In this document: piece after piece, positions 1-13,687 of the stretch | Position numbering within the stretch: position 1 is the first letter of the stretch | Layout: every line of letters begins with the position of its first letter | From: Tubulanus polymorphus | Taxonomy: Eukaryota > Animalia > Nemertea | Direction: 5' to 3' | DNA length: 64,000 bases | Assembly (NCBI RefSeq): GCF_964204645.1 | Contig: NC_134026.1 | Span: forward strand, 9,633,950-9,697,949 | Program-made: the position numbers and the translations under genes | The notes under the pieces: model-generated | Told to the model about the DNA's origin: nothing | Database searches by the model: none | What the model saw: only the letters and a program-made list of their open reading frames with translations

Positions 1-660
1 TATATTATCTGATTATCAGGCTCTATAAAATCTGGCATGCACAAAGTGTGAGCATTAAAGTCACCCGTAATTAGTAAATTAAAATCATTTTCAATCATTA
101 GCTGTAATAATTCTAACTCTATTTCACTTATTGCTCTATTCGAATAATATTTACTTGTTTCAGGGGGAATATAAACTACACCTAAAAGTACATTTTTGTC
201 AAAGTTAAAGAAACTTTTATCCAAGCAGTACCAGGATATAAAAGGGCAGTCAGTTGATAATGGTTCAATCGAATATTCGGTTCAATCTTACTATCTAAAC
301 AACTCTTATAAATGATACCGGCTCCACCTGAACTCCTTTTCGAAATTTTTTTCCTGTTTTTAAAATGTGACACATACGAACCGGGTAAATCACTGGTTAG
401 ATTTCCATCAACATCGTCGAGGTGGGTTTCAGTTAAATATACAAAATCATAGCTACTAATAATACAAAATCATAGCTACTAATAAAACCAAATTCAGGGA
501 CACCGAGTTTACGATTCACTATTGAACCCAGGACATAATCCCACTGTCCAAAATCCCACATGCCGTATTCCCTGATCCATAACGTATTCTATTTAGCGCC
601 AAAATCTTTAAATCCGAGGTATTAGCTTGTAGTTAATTAATTGAAAGAATTTTAAATTTT
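1..660 (-). pseudogene. Non-LTR retrotransposon (CR1/L2-like) AP-endonuclease fragment
   Basis: Manual minus-strand translation gives FISSYDFVYLTETHL...RSSGGAGIIYK...VYIPPETS...LLITGDFNAHT (APE motifs); frameshifted; 23-bp tandem duplication at ~439-484. Confidence 0.8.
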
Positions 661-673
661 ATCTGTAAATTGT

Positions 674-1292
674 TTAATTTAGATTAAGATAGATCTGTAA
701 CATCTCCTGGTATGTGGATTCATCTTTCCTTTCAAGTAGACAATACGCGGCTGTAATTGCAGTTTCTCCGAGTGGCACCAGGATGACGTAAACCTGTTCA
801 AATAATGGTGGGGCCATCGAAAAGGTTCCGTCCATGAACCATGCTCTTGCTTCTCCCAATTTCCCAATACCATTTTCTGTTGCAAATATAACTATTCGCC
901 GCCCTGTGGTTCTGTTGTCGTAGAGTAAAAATTGTTCTTCTTGTCCATCGTCAAGGGAGGTAGAAGTCCATTTTCCTTTGATGACTAGTTCCTCGAGACT
1001 TTGCGGCTCTTTAGGTAGATTCTTCCTTTTTTCACGACAAATTGACCTTTTGCAAACTTCTTCCCTTGCCATTCGAGCCCTGACACCATCATCATCAACT
1101 TCTGCCATAACCCTGCTATATATTTGGACTGGATTAGTTGCGGTCGCATCTGATGCAATTTTCTTTATCGCCAATCTTGTTTTGGTGACTGCTACGGCAG
1201 TGGTATCGGCGATATGGTTATGGTCCACTGTTTCCATCGGATTTTCCATCTGTAGATCTGTTATAATAGCACCACGACACCCATCAGCTTTG
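674..1292 (-). pseudogene. Mutator-like (MULE) transposase fragment with FLYWCH tail
   Basis: CRGAIIT...HNH followed by WFMDGTFSMAPPLFEQVYVI (first catalytic D); truncated at both ends. Confidence 0.8.
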
Positions 1293-1460
1293 TATCACTA
1301 GCTCAAACCTATATATATATATATATATATACTTACTTACTTACTTATATATATATACTTACTTACCCGTACCCGTACCCGTACCCGTACCCGTGCCCGT
1401 GCCCGTACCCGCACCCGCACACGCATACATATACATATATATAGGTTTGAGCTAGTGATA
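1293..1460. mobile_element. MITE-like element with a microsatellite core
   Basis: Inverted ends tatcactagctcaaacctatatat / atatataggtttgagctagtgata enclosing (TA)n, (ACTT)n and (ACCCGT)n; interrupts the MULE ORF. Confidence 0.7.
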
Positions 1461-1650
1461 AGATCTCTAATCCAAAATTATTGTCATTGAATTGATTAAA
1501 TTAGATAATTACTTTTGGGTTAGTAGTCATTAGAAAAAACATTCAAACACGTATGGATGTGAGTGATAAGAACTCCAAAATACTAATTAAATATAGATTG
1601 TTAAAAATATTATCATTGGGAATCAATTACATAATTTGCCTTGGTATTTA

Positions 1651-1976
1651 CATCCTCCCCCGGCAGGGATTCGAACCTGATGGCATCGAGATTGCCACGG
1701 CACGAAACCCTGCCACAATCGACTGTGTGCGCAGTTCAGATGATGTGATTTTTAGCCAAGCAGAAACCCTGTTTTATTTTATCCCGGGTTTTCCCATTTA
1801 TAGTTCCTCCTTGAAATTGCCTCAACGATTATACAACGAGCAATCTGATTGGTGCCGCCAGTTTTCGGTCAGATAGTGCGCATGTAACTGCGCACATGGT
1901 CGTCTATGGCAGGGGTTCGTGCCGTGGCTGAGTGTAAGGATGCCATCAGGTTCGAGTCCCTGCAGAGGGAGGATGT
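1651..1976. repeat. Divergent inverted pair of tRNA-like (B-box) segments
   Basis: 1651-1736 is an imperfect reverse complement of 1887-1976; each contains GGTTCGA(A/G)TCCC. Confidence 0.6.
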
Positions 1977-2150
1977 GGTATTTACTCGATTTGCAGTTGA
2001 ACATTGCTCATTTAATGTTTATTCCAAATGTTTTTTGAAAAGATGTATTTGTATTAGAGCTATAATCGGGGATGTAGCGGTCTGGGTGACATTTCCATTT
2101 CGCTTTGAATAAACAGTTTCCATTTGCTTTAGATTAGACATATATCTTAA

Positions 2151-4353
2151 CCCTTTAACAGCCGCCCAGTTCGAAAATTCCATACCCCGACAGCCAGCCA
2201 AAATCGGAGTTAACAGAACTCGGACTACTGGTTGCAGTTAAATGCCCGTAAAAGAAAAACCGTTCAAAATCATGCATTACAAGTTAGATATATGTCGTTT
2301 AGAATTTAATTTCCTATCTATTGGTGCATCACATTTGATGAAATTTTTGTGACCATATGTACCCCCAAAGATATGCGTTGTCCACCCAAAGTACCGATTT
2401 CTACATGTCATAGGCATTTGAAATTATGACCATGAAAAATATGTCCAAATGGATTAATAAATGTTTAAAATGTGATTCTATGTATTGAATAAATAAAATC
2501 TGAGCCAAAAACATGATAGTTCATCCAGTACCTTCAGTGGTTTAGCCAAGAAGTGTAACAAAATTTAATGAAAAAAATTTTTTACGGTAAGTTCATTTTA
2601 AATTTCACTTTTATTATCATATCTGAAGCAATCACCATACATCATAACATCATGTTTATACATCATATATCATTTCTATTGGCATTTTACATCATGATTG
2701 ATGCATGGAAATGGTAAAAGCAGGTTTTGCTGGCAGACGGAACACCCAAATGACGACACAATACCACGGCCGCTCGGAGCTTTGCGACCCAACTTACTGC
2801 AATGAACGCACACCTGTTTACGCCCATCAAACTTCACAAGCTGGTGGCCAGAGACATTTGCAGCATCTAATGTCCTTTCAACCCGTCGCCTCTTCAATTG
2901 TTTGCGCCTGGCAGGGGTTACGGCACCACCGATTAGTTGCTTACCAAGTAACAGGCGATATTCAAGATAGGACATTGGCTTTTCAAAAACAATGGCAGTA
3001 TTATTATCATAACAGAGATATGAATTAACAATGGCAACTTGCAAATAGAAGTAAGCTATGTAGCGCCACCATTTCTTGCTTTTTCTACCCAGTGAGTAAT
3101 AGCTACGGTATTGGTCCGCAAGGTCAACACCGCCCATACATTTATTGTACATAACAATAGGTTCGGGCTTTTGTATATTTTCATTTTCTCCCGTTTTACT
3201 TTTTCGAACAATTTCATGACTCACAGGGTTAGAATTTGTGGACAACATTGTCACTACACGTTTGGCATGCCTGGAGGTAGACATAAGGTGACCATCTTGC
3301 CGAAACATAGTCTCCCCTTTTTTAGGTTTTTTATATCTGGCGGAAAACCCTTTCTGTCAGATCTCATAGTTCCACATGAATATGTCTTTCTATGATACAA
3401 ATCAAGAACAAGTTTAGATGTAGTAAAGAAATTGTCAAAATAAATGTGTCTGTACTCATCGAGTAAATCAGAAGTAACATTCATCACTGCTTTGTACCCA
3501 AGTCCTTGTTCAACTACTCCGTCATCAAGTTTCCTGGAGTACACCTGCGTCTTATACATATATCCGGTAAGAGAATTTGCCGTACACCATATGTTCACGC
3601 CTCGTTTTATGGGTTTTTTAGGCTGATACTGTATGAGGCTTGAACGACCTTTATATTTCACCATTGCCTCGTCAACAGAAAGGTTTTGATCAGCTACACA
3701 GCCCGCAAGAAATTTTTCGTTGAAATAGTTTATGATAGGTCTCGCTTTATACAGTTTATCATAGTTTGGTTGTCCTTTCTGAAGCTCATTTTCAGAATCA
3801 GATAAATGCATATACCTCAAAATTGATTTGAACCGGTTACGGGACGTGCTACGCTGAATATACGCATTACCCAACGCGTCATCAGTCGACCAATACATAT
3901 CAAGTACGGCAGTTAATTGATACCCATGATGATTTTGGCACCTAAAAAGTCTTCATTTCATTTGCAGTAACATCTTTGAAGCCCTCTGCATTTTTGAATG
4001 CAGCATATCTATTAGTTTCTGCGGAAAACATATCAAAAAAGTCATCACCAGCAAACGTTTTGAAGTAATCGATTGGTTCGGCATCAATCGGAAGTCCGTG
4101 AGTGAAAGCCGGATCTAGCATATATTCCTCAAATTGGGGATCATGAGAAATACATTGGCTGTCCCACACAATATCATCAACAGTAACGGGGGTCCCATCA
4201 TCATTCACTGGCTGAATAGGAGGGTCTATTTCCTCATCAGAATTTATATCATCCTCAGAATCCGTGTGGATGTCCGATTCGTTCTCAAAATCCTCGGGGT
4301 CACGATCCTCATCACCTGATTCATCCGGATTATCATCTGAATCCAATGACGAT
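2151..4353 (-). mobile_element. piggyBac transposon (PGBD4-like), frameshifted and 5'-truncated
   Basis: TTAA|CCCTTTAAC terminus at 2147-2151; ORFs 3942-4350, 3254-3898 and 2676-3308 with SVDEAM, YFDNFFT and GGVDLADQ (DDD triad) and a C-terminal Cys-rich domain. Confidence 0.92.
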
Positions 4354-4355
4354 TG

Positions 4356-6371
4356 TAGGTATGTGGCAGAAAATTTCAAAGTGGTCCAATTGAATTGAAT
4401 CCTATACAGCTGGAAAGAGCTAAAAAATACCTTTTCAGGGATATCTTGTTCATCCCCGTAGCTCAAGTATGAAAGAAATTATGTAAATTTGGAGATTGAA
4501 AAACGGCCGAAAATCTTACCCTTTTGTTAACTGATAAACAGAAGGGTAAGCGTGATCGAAAACTGATAAAACCGTGTAAAACGCAAGGCAAAAGTTTCAT
4601 TACTTCTAAACTATTTAATATTTCTGCACAAAATTTACAGTGATAATAGTTAAGAACATGCTTTATAAGAATATATAATTATTATCTGGATATCATAATT
4701 ACTTCTGTCTTTGTAATTGATTAATTAATTACTATACATTAATTAAAATTTTATCACTCGGCCGAAACAGAATACATAAACTGCCATAACTTTGGAAATA
4801 CTTGATATTTTTACATAAAATTTTGCAAGGAGATAGCTGTAAAGATACATAAAAGGATTATACAAGATTTGTAGAGATACAGATATATACATGTAGTACA
4901 GATCAATTAAATAAGATATATTAATTAAAAATTTATCACTCGGCTGGAGCAGAATATATAAACTTCCATAACTTTGGAAATACTTGATATTTTTACATAA
5001 AATTTTGCAAGGAGATAGCTGTAAAGATACTTAAAAGGATTATACAAGAATTATAGAGATACAGATATATACATGTAATACAGATCAATTAAGATATATT
5101 AATTAAAAATTTATCACTCGGCTGGAGCCGAATATATAAACTTCCATAACTTTGGAAATACTTGATATTTTTACATAGAATCTTGCAAGGAGATCGCTGT
5201 AAAGATACTTTGAAAGATAACACAAGATTTGTAGTTATATTAATACATGGATACAGTATAACACGCTTAATTCGGGTTGATTTTAATTCAGATATTCACT
5301 TATTAAAGATTAAAATTCTAGTTTCTATCACTTCCACATATAGTTACAACATAACAAGATCTCCCAAGATTAAATCTACTGCCAATTCGTATTTGGTCGG
5401 ATCAAAGTCTTCTCCATCATCTTCATAATTCTCTCCCTCCCCCCAGTAACACACAACGTAAATACCAATTGCAATGCCCTGTCTTTTTCTCGTTTTAAAT
5501 TTCTCCATCTTTCCGTGATATATAACTTTTGTGTTTTTGTCAGTGTCATGCCAAACATGGCTTACATCTTTTCCAACGCAGTCACCAGATAGCACACTTA
5601 TTAGATCAGAAAGTTGGTCAGAGTCCAAATCACTGAATTCAGATTCCAATTCGTCTAACGGGGTGTCACGTACTTTTTTTGTAATTTTTTCCGATCTGAC
5701 ATAAGACGCTTTTTAGTCTTACGACCCTGCCGCACTGATATTTCATCTAAAAGTTTCTTAGCATTCTTAGGACTCTCGGTATTTGACTTTCTTGCCCAAG
5801 TAATAGCAAACTTTATCATTTCACTGCGCTCAGACATCTCCAAATTATCTAGAAAATCCCAAACACCATTTTTCTGGGATCTCAGCTTAGACGAGAGAAA
5901 AGCCATTGTTGCATTTGGTGCTTTCTTTTTGGCAGCACTAAACATTCCCATTATATCCTCCGAATCAATATTGTGTGATCTTGCAGACTCAGTCTCAACA
6001 ATTAGATCTGGCGTGATGGCAAGACTGAAATATCGTGCATACTGTCTCTAGAACTATCACAACTTTATCTAGACAGGCATTCATGTAGTCGAAAAACAAT
6101 ACAGGGTCAATGGGCTTTCTTTTTAATGAATGAAGAATTTCATCTTTACGCCTCAATTCGCGTTCGTTACTCGAATCACCAGTGGCACTAGCAGAACGTG
6201 TCAATGGATCGCCAAAGAAATCTGTTGTTCTTGAAAGAATACAAGAATTCGCGTCATCTCGTTGCGCTTTAATTGCTGCGATAACATTTCTAACGACACT
6301 AATCCCTGCAAGATGTTTGATCTCATTTGATTGTGAGGTGTAGAATTTTATCATCCAGGTAGTCCAGGAGC
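4356..6371 (-). mobile_element. 3' part of a hAT-like DDE transposon (5' part at 33740-35340)
   Basis: ORFs 5995-6381, 5655-5951 and 5344-5649 (HNIDSEDIMGMFSA...PNAT) are homologous to 36040-36891; TAGGTA end at 4356 resembles 35344; superfamily call is tentative. Confidence 0.65.
4738..5235. repeat. Tandem array of ~180-bp units (~2.7 copies)
   Basis: Unit attaattaaaa(t)tttatcactcggc...gatcaattaa starts at ~4738, ~4920 and ~5098. Confidence 0.9.
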
Positions 6372-7232
6372 TAGCCCACATTTAATCAACAGTTTTAGCC
6401 AAGAAGGTTTGAGGTGTGGAATGTCAAGGTTGGCCCATATCTACTTAGGAAAGGAACGTCTTAAGTTTCAAAGCCGTGCCTGCGGGGGGTAGGTGGGCCC
6501 CCAAAAATTCCCAAAAAATCGTTTTAATCAACAGTTTTTGTCCAGCATTAATTTCAACGTAAATCAGTACGGCATGGGCCACCTGAAATAAAATCAAAAC
6601 TTAAGACGAAATTTTCTGTGCCTAGGGTCCCTTAAGACCCCCTTTTTTTCGGGGGCCTAGGGCACTTTTAATCAACAGTTTGTGTCCAGGTCTGATTCTA
6701 CCTCAGAATCATAGTATTTTATGTGCTGATTCAGAAAATGTAACTTAAGACGAGATTTTCCGTGCCTAGCCCCACTTAAGACACACTTAAAACCCCCTAA
6801 TGCCCCCCTTTGAGAAAAATCATCTTTTATCAACGGTTTTCCTTCCATAACTCTCCAATCAATGATTTAATTAAACAGTAAACCAAATTTAAGAACAAGT
6901 GTTTATTTCTGCATAGTTTCTTTCAATTTTTCATGTAACTAAAATTTGCAATTAATAATCAATCCTTTTACACAGTGTATATTTGTCAGACAAGCCCAAA
7001 AATATTGCTTGGTTTCAGTAACCTACTGTGCCATTAAAGGGCCACCTCGTGATTTGACATTTCTCAATTTTTGATATATTTACAAAAATCTTGATCTAGA
7101 TAGGGTGTCTCGGTCAAACTTAAAATTTTGTAGCTGTCTATAGACTTTGAACCGCTAATTGTTTATTCTGCTTCAGCTATATATTAGTAAACTGAAAACT
7201 ATTAAATCAGTATCATAATCCATCAATAAATC

Positions 7233-9692
7233 TCAGTCATCATCGGATTCATCTTCGACTGAAGATGAATCACTCTTATCCGGTTCATAAACTTCAGATT
7301 CATCATCACCTACGTCGTCACTCGCAAGGTCACTATTGTCAATGAGATTTTCCGGACATTGATTACCTTGAAACATCACCAGATCATACCTTTCATTGTC
7401 CAAATACCATCCATCGTTCTCTTTTGGATTTTGAACGAGCTGGCATCTATCAGCGCTGTGCCACATGCGAGTGACAAATGATACTCTTTGTATGTGGGGT
7501 GTAAGTTCAGCCAGACATGGTGGAATGTTGGATCCATCAACCCCTTTTAAATTACCCAATGGATTATTTCCTCCTGGTTTTGGTCCATACGCTTTGAGAA
7601 CAACTTGAAACCGATGATCATTCTTTCATCCTTTTTGGATCCATACATTGAGCTGGTAAAGTGTTCAATGGCTTTTATGGTGCTGCTGGTTGGACTTTCT
7701 TCATAGCAGAGGGAAGCAAATGCTTTTTGTACTTTCTCATTTTTTTCGAGATGTCTGAAAGGCCTTATTTTGCCTTTTCTGGTAAATGCAGATGTGTAGT
7801 CTGTAAGCATCACACATCGTTTCTCCAATGTCTTTTGAAATGTCAGAAATACAAATATATCTTCGATTGTTACTACTGCTCGTTCCGACATCCATCCATA
7901 ATTTTGCTTTGAAAGTTTTTGCATGGTGTATCATTATTATGGCTATATCAGTGTCTGAAGCACGGATTATGATATCTCTAACATTTGACCTGTCTGCATC
8001 CTTTGCATGTAGACAGATCCTGGTGTCAGCCTCGAAGTGATTGCACACCAAATTTTCAACCGTGTTCCTGATAATGCGTCCTGCAGTAACCAAATATTTA
8101 TGGCAAGTTTCAGCATATCCAAAGTAGATCTCTTTACTGCCAATAATTTCACTGTATTCATTTTTTTCCCACTCGTTAGCCAGGAAATGTGGTAGCCTCT
8201 GTTGAATGTATTTGACTTCAATGCTTTATTGAGGTTGAGAGGGCACCTTTGTTCTGGTCCCGTTATCAGAAACTCTCAGTCACTTGCATTCCTGCGTAAT
8301 CTTTCAGAGCCTTTGATGGACGGTTCTTGGTAAGTGTCAAAAAGGACTTCCGCGCGATGTCTGGAGAGAGCAGTTACTCGAATGAGAATTACACGGGCAA
8401 GTTGGCCATAACTCATTCCTTTCTTTGCTACAACCATATGGAGGAGGAAATTCCCATCAACCATAACTGCATTCTTTGACTGCGGCTGTGATGGCTGGAC
8501 TTTCTTTTCCAACTCGGCAAACAATGTACTCTTGTCAGTTTTCACCATTGATCCATCAGTCGAACACATGCTTAGAGGAACAGGCGTGAGAGGATAGCTC
8601 ATGATATCCTGAAGGTCAATCTTTTTGTCCATTGCAATCACTGTCAGGCGTCCCATCAAATCCCGTGTACATCTAAGCTCAGCTACCTTTTTATCGATGG
8701 CTCGGACATTTCGCGCACACTCCTTCTTAAAGGTGACTAGCTTAACTTTACTGGTAGCTTGTTCAAACCTACTAGGATCCGCCACACATTCATTTACAAA
8801 TTTCTGGTGTCTTTCTTTTCCTTTTTCTGGAACCTTTAACAAGAATTCCTTAACATCATCGGATGCAGGTCTACCAGTGTACAAATTGAAGAGAACTTCC
8901 TGGAATGGATCAAATGTATTCTGAATCTGATCAACCAATTTCTGGAGATCTAGATTATTTCGCTTCAGTCTGGATTGTCGCAGATCAGCTGTGATATCTT
9001 CTTTTGATGTAATTTCTACCATTTCCTGCATCTTCTCAATGATTGATGCCCGGCTTGCTTTGGTTACCTTCCAGCGGAGTCTAGCACTAAAGTTATTAGT
9101 TATTGATGCACAACCTGTTGACCTAGAAGCAGCATCTGCATTTGTTGTTTGCTCGAGTGTGAGGTCAACAGGCAACATACTGAATTCATGGCATGTACGT
9201 CTAACAGAAAAGGCACCTTGATCTAGCTGATCAAGCAATCCGGGATGTGAACTATCAATGTTTAACAAGTCCATCTGGAATTAGGTAAGCCACCGTGCGT
9301 AGTTAACATGGTTGGTCATGAAGAACAAGTGGATAATTGGTGACAAAGCCTGAATGAAATCTTCAACTTCATTAGTTCGAATAGACCTGTCCAGTCTGTG
9401 GAAGCAGTGTATATATTCCACGTACATAAACCAGAATTGAGCTGTTGCACCATGTAGTCCTTTCTTGGTATCATCACAGAACTTGGAATACTTTTCTACA
9501 CATACCTTGATTATATCAGACGACTCTACTAATTCCCAAGATTCTCTGCCTAATTCCTTCAGCAAGGACACTATTCTGAACACGTCACTGCGGCTTTCAT
9601 AGGTTTCAATGAACTTAAGAAAGTGACGACTTTCAATGGCAAGTGCGAGGAGTGGATGGATTCGTTTGCAGCGGTTGAAGTTTTTAGCAGTC
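7233..9692 (-). pseudogene. Academ transposase C-terminal part with XPG/PIN-like nuclease domain
   Basis: Frameshifted ORFs with NHVNYARWL, DLTLEQTTN, YPLTPVPLS, VDGNFLLH, HFEADTRI, SDTDI and DYTSAF.RKGK motifs; cut at ~9692. Confidence 0.8.
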
Positions 9693-9870
9693 AATTAGAA
9701 TATAAAGATGATATATTAGAAACTAAATTAGATGAATTAAAGAATGAAAAAGAAACATATAAATGTGATACATGTAATCAATCATTCAGTGATAAAAGAT
9801 ATTATAAAGAACATTTAAAATCTAAAAGTCATATTGGAAATATAGGTGAAGACTATTTTGATAAAGATAA
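9693..9870 (+). repeat. Inverted copy of the pPolB 5' zinc-finger segment (partner ~32003-32192)
   Basis: LEYKDDILETKLDELKNEKETYKCDTCNQSFSDKRYYKEHLKSKSHI is near-identical to ORF 31720-32295 on the opposite strand. Confidence 0.92.
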
Positions 9871-10068
9871 TATATTTACAAGTATGTTCGGTTGTTGTAC
9901 ATAATTTGATTTCTATATAAAGATACGTTGCCTTTATTATTGATTTTCTCAGTGAATAGAAACGTTTAATCATATTGCGCGACTCCTCGTGTAACAGCTG
10001 GTATTACAAAATAATTGGATTATTCTAGAATAATCTCACAGCCGTTACTATAACGCTGAGACATATGA

Positions 10069-12370
10069 GTCATAATACTGCAAACGCGTAGAACATTCTA
10101 GAAGGTGTACCGGAACTCTGAATACAGGGTTCGTAGCGATCCTGGAAAGTGCTTAATAGTGCTTGAATCACAAAATGCGTTTTCAAGGCCTTGAAAATGC
10201 TCGAATTTTCAAAATTTCAGTAAAAATCATTGGAAGTCCTTGAATTTTTTATATTGTCCAAATTTTGTCAATTAGTTTGTTGTATTGACTTCAATACGCC
10301 CGCGCAGAGTGTTGTGACTCTGTACTGTCAGGGTGCTATAGACTCGTATACACTGCTGACTTGTGTATATATACAGTACAAATGTATTAGGCACGTGGCT
10401 CACTGCTGACAATGCGTATACAAATGTAACGTCGTAAATATATTTGTGACTTTCTTAGTATCACTTGTGATAGGGGAAATCTAGCTAAGTAGAGCGACAA
10501 CCAAAGAAACACGTAAACACCTGAAATTCCGAGAGGAGAAGCAATGTTAGTTTATTGAACCATCAGATGAAACTGCATGTAATAATACATGTAGCTATTT
10601 CATATAAATCACAATTAATCAATTTACTAAATATACAATCGTTTAGCTAAACTTACATATAAATATATATAAATATTTTCATATTAATAATATAATAATA
10701 CGTATTTATGGTTTGGATATCGCAAGCTCAAATATTAAAATAAACTTTATAAAGAGGCCTGAACATATAAAAATAATAAGGTTTAGATCTTACCTGAAAT
10801 TCCGAGAGGAGAAGCAATGTCAGTTTATTGAACCATCAGATGAAACTGACCATTTTCGGACAGTTCTCAACCTTGATGGTTTTGGCTCCTCCCCTTGGAT
10901 CAGGGCACATACTCAAAATCTCATTGGCTAAGGGTCTCGTTACCCTGGCGATCTGTGTTGTGTTAGTTTGTGAGCACCAAACATTTGGAGTAATTATCAA
11001 CGTATTGTCTTAAAGATTTGCTCGACTAGTTTTGTCGAGCTGTGAACAATATGTGTCCAGACAGTTCGTCTCTCTTTTAAAACAAAGGACAGATGTCATA
11101 AAGTTATATACGCTTTATACTAGATGTAACTTGAAAGAAATACACTTTCTAAAAAATAATAATTCAAGGAAATTGTCATCATAATTAGAAAGCTGAACTA
11201 ACGCTGATTAAAACTATGTCCAATATGATGTATGTAACATATATAATTGATGAATAACGTATAGAAATGAATTAGTAAAATTGAGCTTGTTATACAAATC
11301 TATTAGTAGACACGTGGCGTTACTACCGCTATCGCGCGCCGCGTATATACAAATGCCGTTGTGATGAAATAAACAAACAAAATACTTCAAAATAATTCTA
11401 AATGGATTATTGGTAGTAAATAATGACCTCAAATTAATATAAAGACCGTTCTTGATTTTGACGATCTTTGGAGCTTTATCGAAAAGTGATTTTTTATGTC
11501 AGGGTATCCCGAGCTGATCATGATTATGCGTTAAGCTGTTATCGTTTAGACGTTTAAGCCGGTCATCATAATTTGTTGGATTAAAAATTAGATAGGCCAG
11601 TATGGGAAAGTGCCATTTCTCTGACGCCTGGTTGGTGCATGAATCATACGAAAGTTGGATTCAACGCAGACCAATTTCAACAGAAGCTAGGTGAAATCTC
11701 GCAAACAAAGTGAAACTCATGAGCTCATTTTAAAAACTGTGACCATGAGAAATTCGGCTAAAGACAAGTCACATGAGTTGGCCGATGTAATTTCAGCCAC
11801 CGAAACTCAAAAGGAGCAAATTAATCGATTGTAAATAGGTCGATGAGCTGTAATTTAATTTTGTATAATTTTGTTATTTTTGCTTTCGATAGTATGGCTT
11901 TTTGATGGCGAGGTCTACCTGTAGTTCCGTTGAAAGGCCCACAGATTTCTTGTTTTAAAGTTATCAATTTCTGATACATGTAGTAAATCTTTCTTAAAAT
12001 AAAGCTGAAAGATTCCAAAGTTATCAAGTGCTCTGCTACGCGTGGATGTTTCTTTATGATGATTTGCGTTTGTACTTCTTTTAAATTTCTGCAATAAAGG
12101 AATTTTCATTGCAATAAATTCGCCTTAATACTAGTGTTTGTATGGTATTTTTCAGAAAATAGTACTTGAATTTTGTTGAAATAGGTCCTTGAAAGTACTT
12201 GAATTAAGTGTGGCCTGGAGGCTATGAACCGTGGAATAGATATGACATGTCATAATACTGCAAACGCGTAGAACATTCTAGAAGGTGTACCGGGACTAGA
12301 TGACGTGTCATAATCGAAGACGTGTTCATTCTAGAAATCGCACTGGAACTGAATAGACGCTGTAACATAA
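10069..12370. repeat. Polinton subterminal ~60-bp tandem repeats split by the hAT insertion
   Basis: gtcataatactgcaaacgcgtagaacattctagaaggtgtaccgg at ~10069 and ~12249, with a degenerate third copy at ~12307. Confidence 0.75.
10125..12233 (+). mobile_element. Non-autonomous hAT5-like element
   Basis: TIRs CAGGGTTCGTAGC / GCTATGAACCGTG; 5-bp TSD GAATA (10120-10124, 12234-12238); ccttgaa subterminal motifs; transposase start remnant MGKCHFSDAWL at ~11602. Confidence 0.85.
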
Positions 12371-12828
12371 TGCTTAGGATATTCTATCTCTCGAAACGAA
12401 ATTAGGAGTTTATAGTTTACAATTCTAAATCTAAATGTACGTACTGTTTTTTGTAGTTATTAGGGATATTAAATATGAAACCTTTAGATATATTTAAGTG
12501 TATTTTGTATATCTTTTAGATAGCCAGAGTTACCATAACAGTAGATGGGGTTTATTGCGTAATAATTAATAGTTTCCGGTTCTTGAATTAAATGTAAGTA
12601 CTGTTTTGTGTTGTTATTAAGAAGCCGGGAAAAGGGGTTACTAAATATGAAACCTTTAAGTGCTTTTGACAACTACAACTTCATACAGTTAATTCTTTTT
12701 TAGGTTAGATAGATAATAACTTGAACTATAATAAGTTATAATAATTAGAAACGATAGACTTGAAAATATTTATATCATTTAATATCGTAGTTCCTATTCT
12801 ACCACTGATATCTTTTTAGTTGAATAAA

Positions 12829-13570
12829 ATGTCCTACATATCAAGAAGTACTCTTGATTCTCAGAGGACAACCGAAATGGAGGAAGACGAACCAACCGAA
12901 ATGGAGGAAGACGAACCAATGGAAATGGGCGTTGAAGTAAAAGAATCTCTAGATATAGACGGCGAAACGTTAGAAGAAGTTAAAAAACATTTATATTACC
13001 ACCAAGAAATGACATTAATTTTAGAAAAAAATAATAGAAAACCTGCAATCAAGCGTAACATCATTACCGAAAAGACCAACAACCAATGTAGAAATATTGT
13101 TAAGACTAAAAGGAACAAAAACTAAAAAGAAAATGAGTGGAAATGAGTTAAATGAGTTTTTAAAATCAAAATTATCAATTGAAACAGGTGTAAGTTTTAA
13201 AGAAATAGAAGGTGTAACAACATTTGATGAAATAACTGTTTTATTGAAAAAAAATTATAGAACCTGGTTATTTAAAAAAGCAAAGCATTTATGGGATTTT
13301 ATCATTTTCGGGGATTGTTTAAATAAGGGATTTTTAATGTTTAATAAACAAACTGCGGGGATTTCTTGGGCTTCTTGGGTTAAAAAATATATAGGTATTA
13401 GTGCTGGGTATGGAAGAAAATTAAGAAGCGTAGGGGGGAGATTAATTACATATAAAAGATTCCAATTTTTAAGTTATTTTTAAGTCATTTTCTGATATAG
13501 TAAAATATTTAAACGATATTGAAAAAATGCTTGTCAATGATCCAGAAATTGAAAAGTTCTGGTTGGAATT
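12829..13570 (+). pseudogene. Polinton accessory ORF of unknown function (frameshifted)
   Basis: Overlapping ORFs 12820-13125 and 13097-13483; acidic 8-aa repeat TEMEEDEP; W..W...IGIS..Y.RKLR helical motif. Confidence 0.5.
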
Positions 13571-13687
13571 ATAAATCAAATGATGTATTAGTTGAAACTA
13601 TAAATCTTGTCAATACAACGACCGAATATACTTGTATATGTATTGTGTAAATCTGCTTGGTGAATGTTCTATGTTCAGTCGTTTCAA

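Noticed and set aside
1651-1976. Bona fide tRNA genes
   Set aside because: B box present, but no convincing D and anticodon arms
3942-4466. piggyBac N-terminus starting at 4466
   Set aside because: The first ~37 codons read through the end of the adjacent hAT-like element
9623-9904. Novel 93-aa zinc-finger gene
   Set aside because: Chimeric frame: antisense Academ sequence joined to the inverted pPolB duplicate
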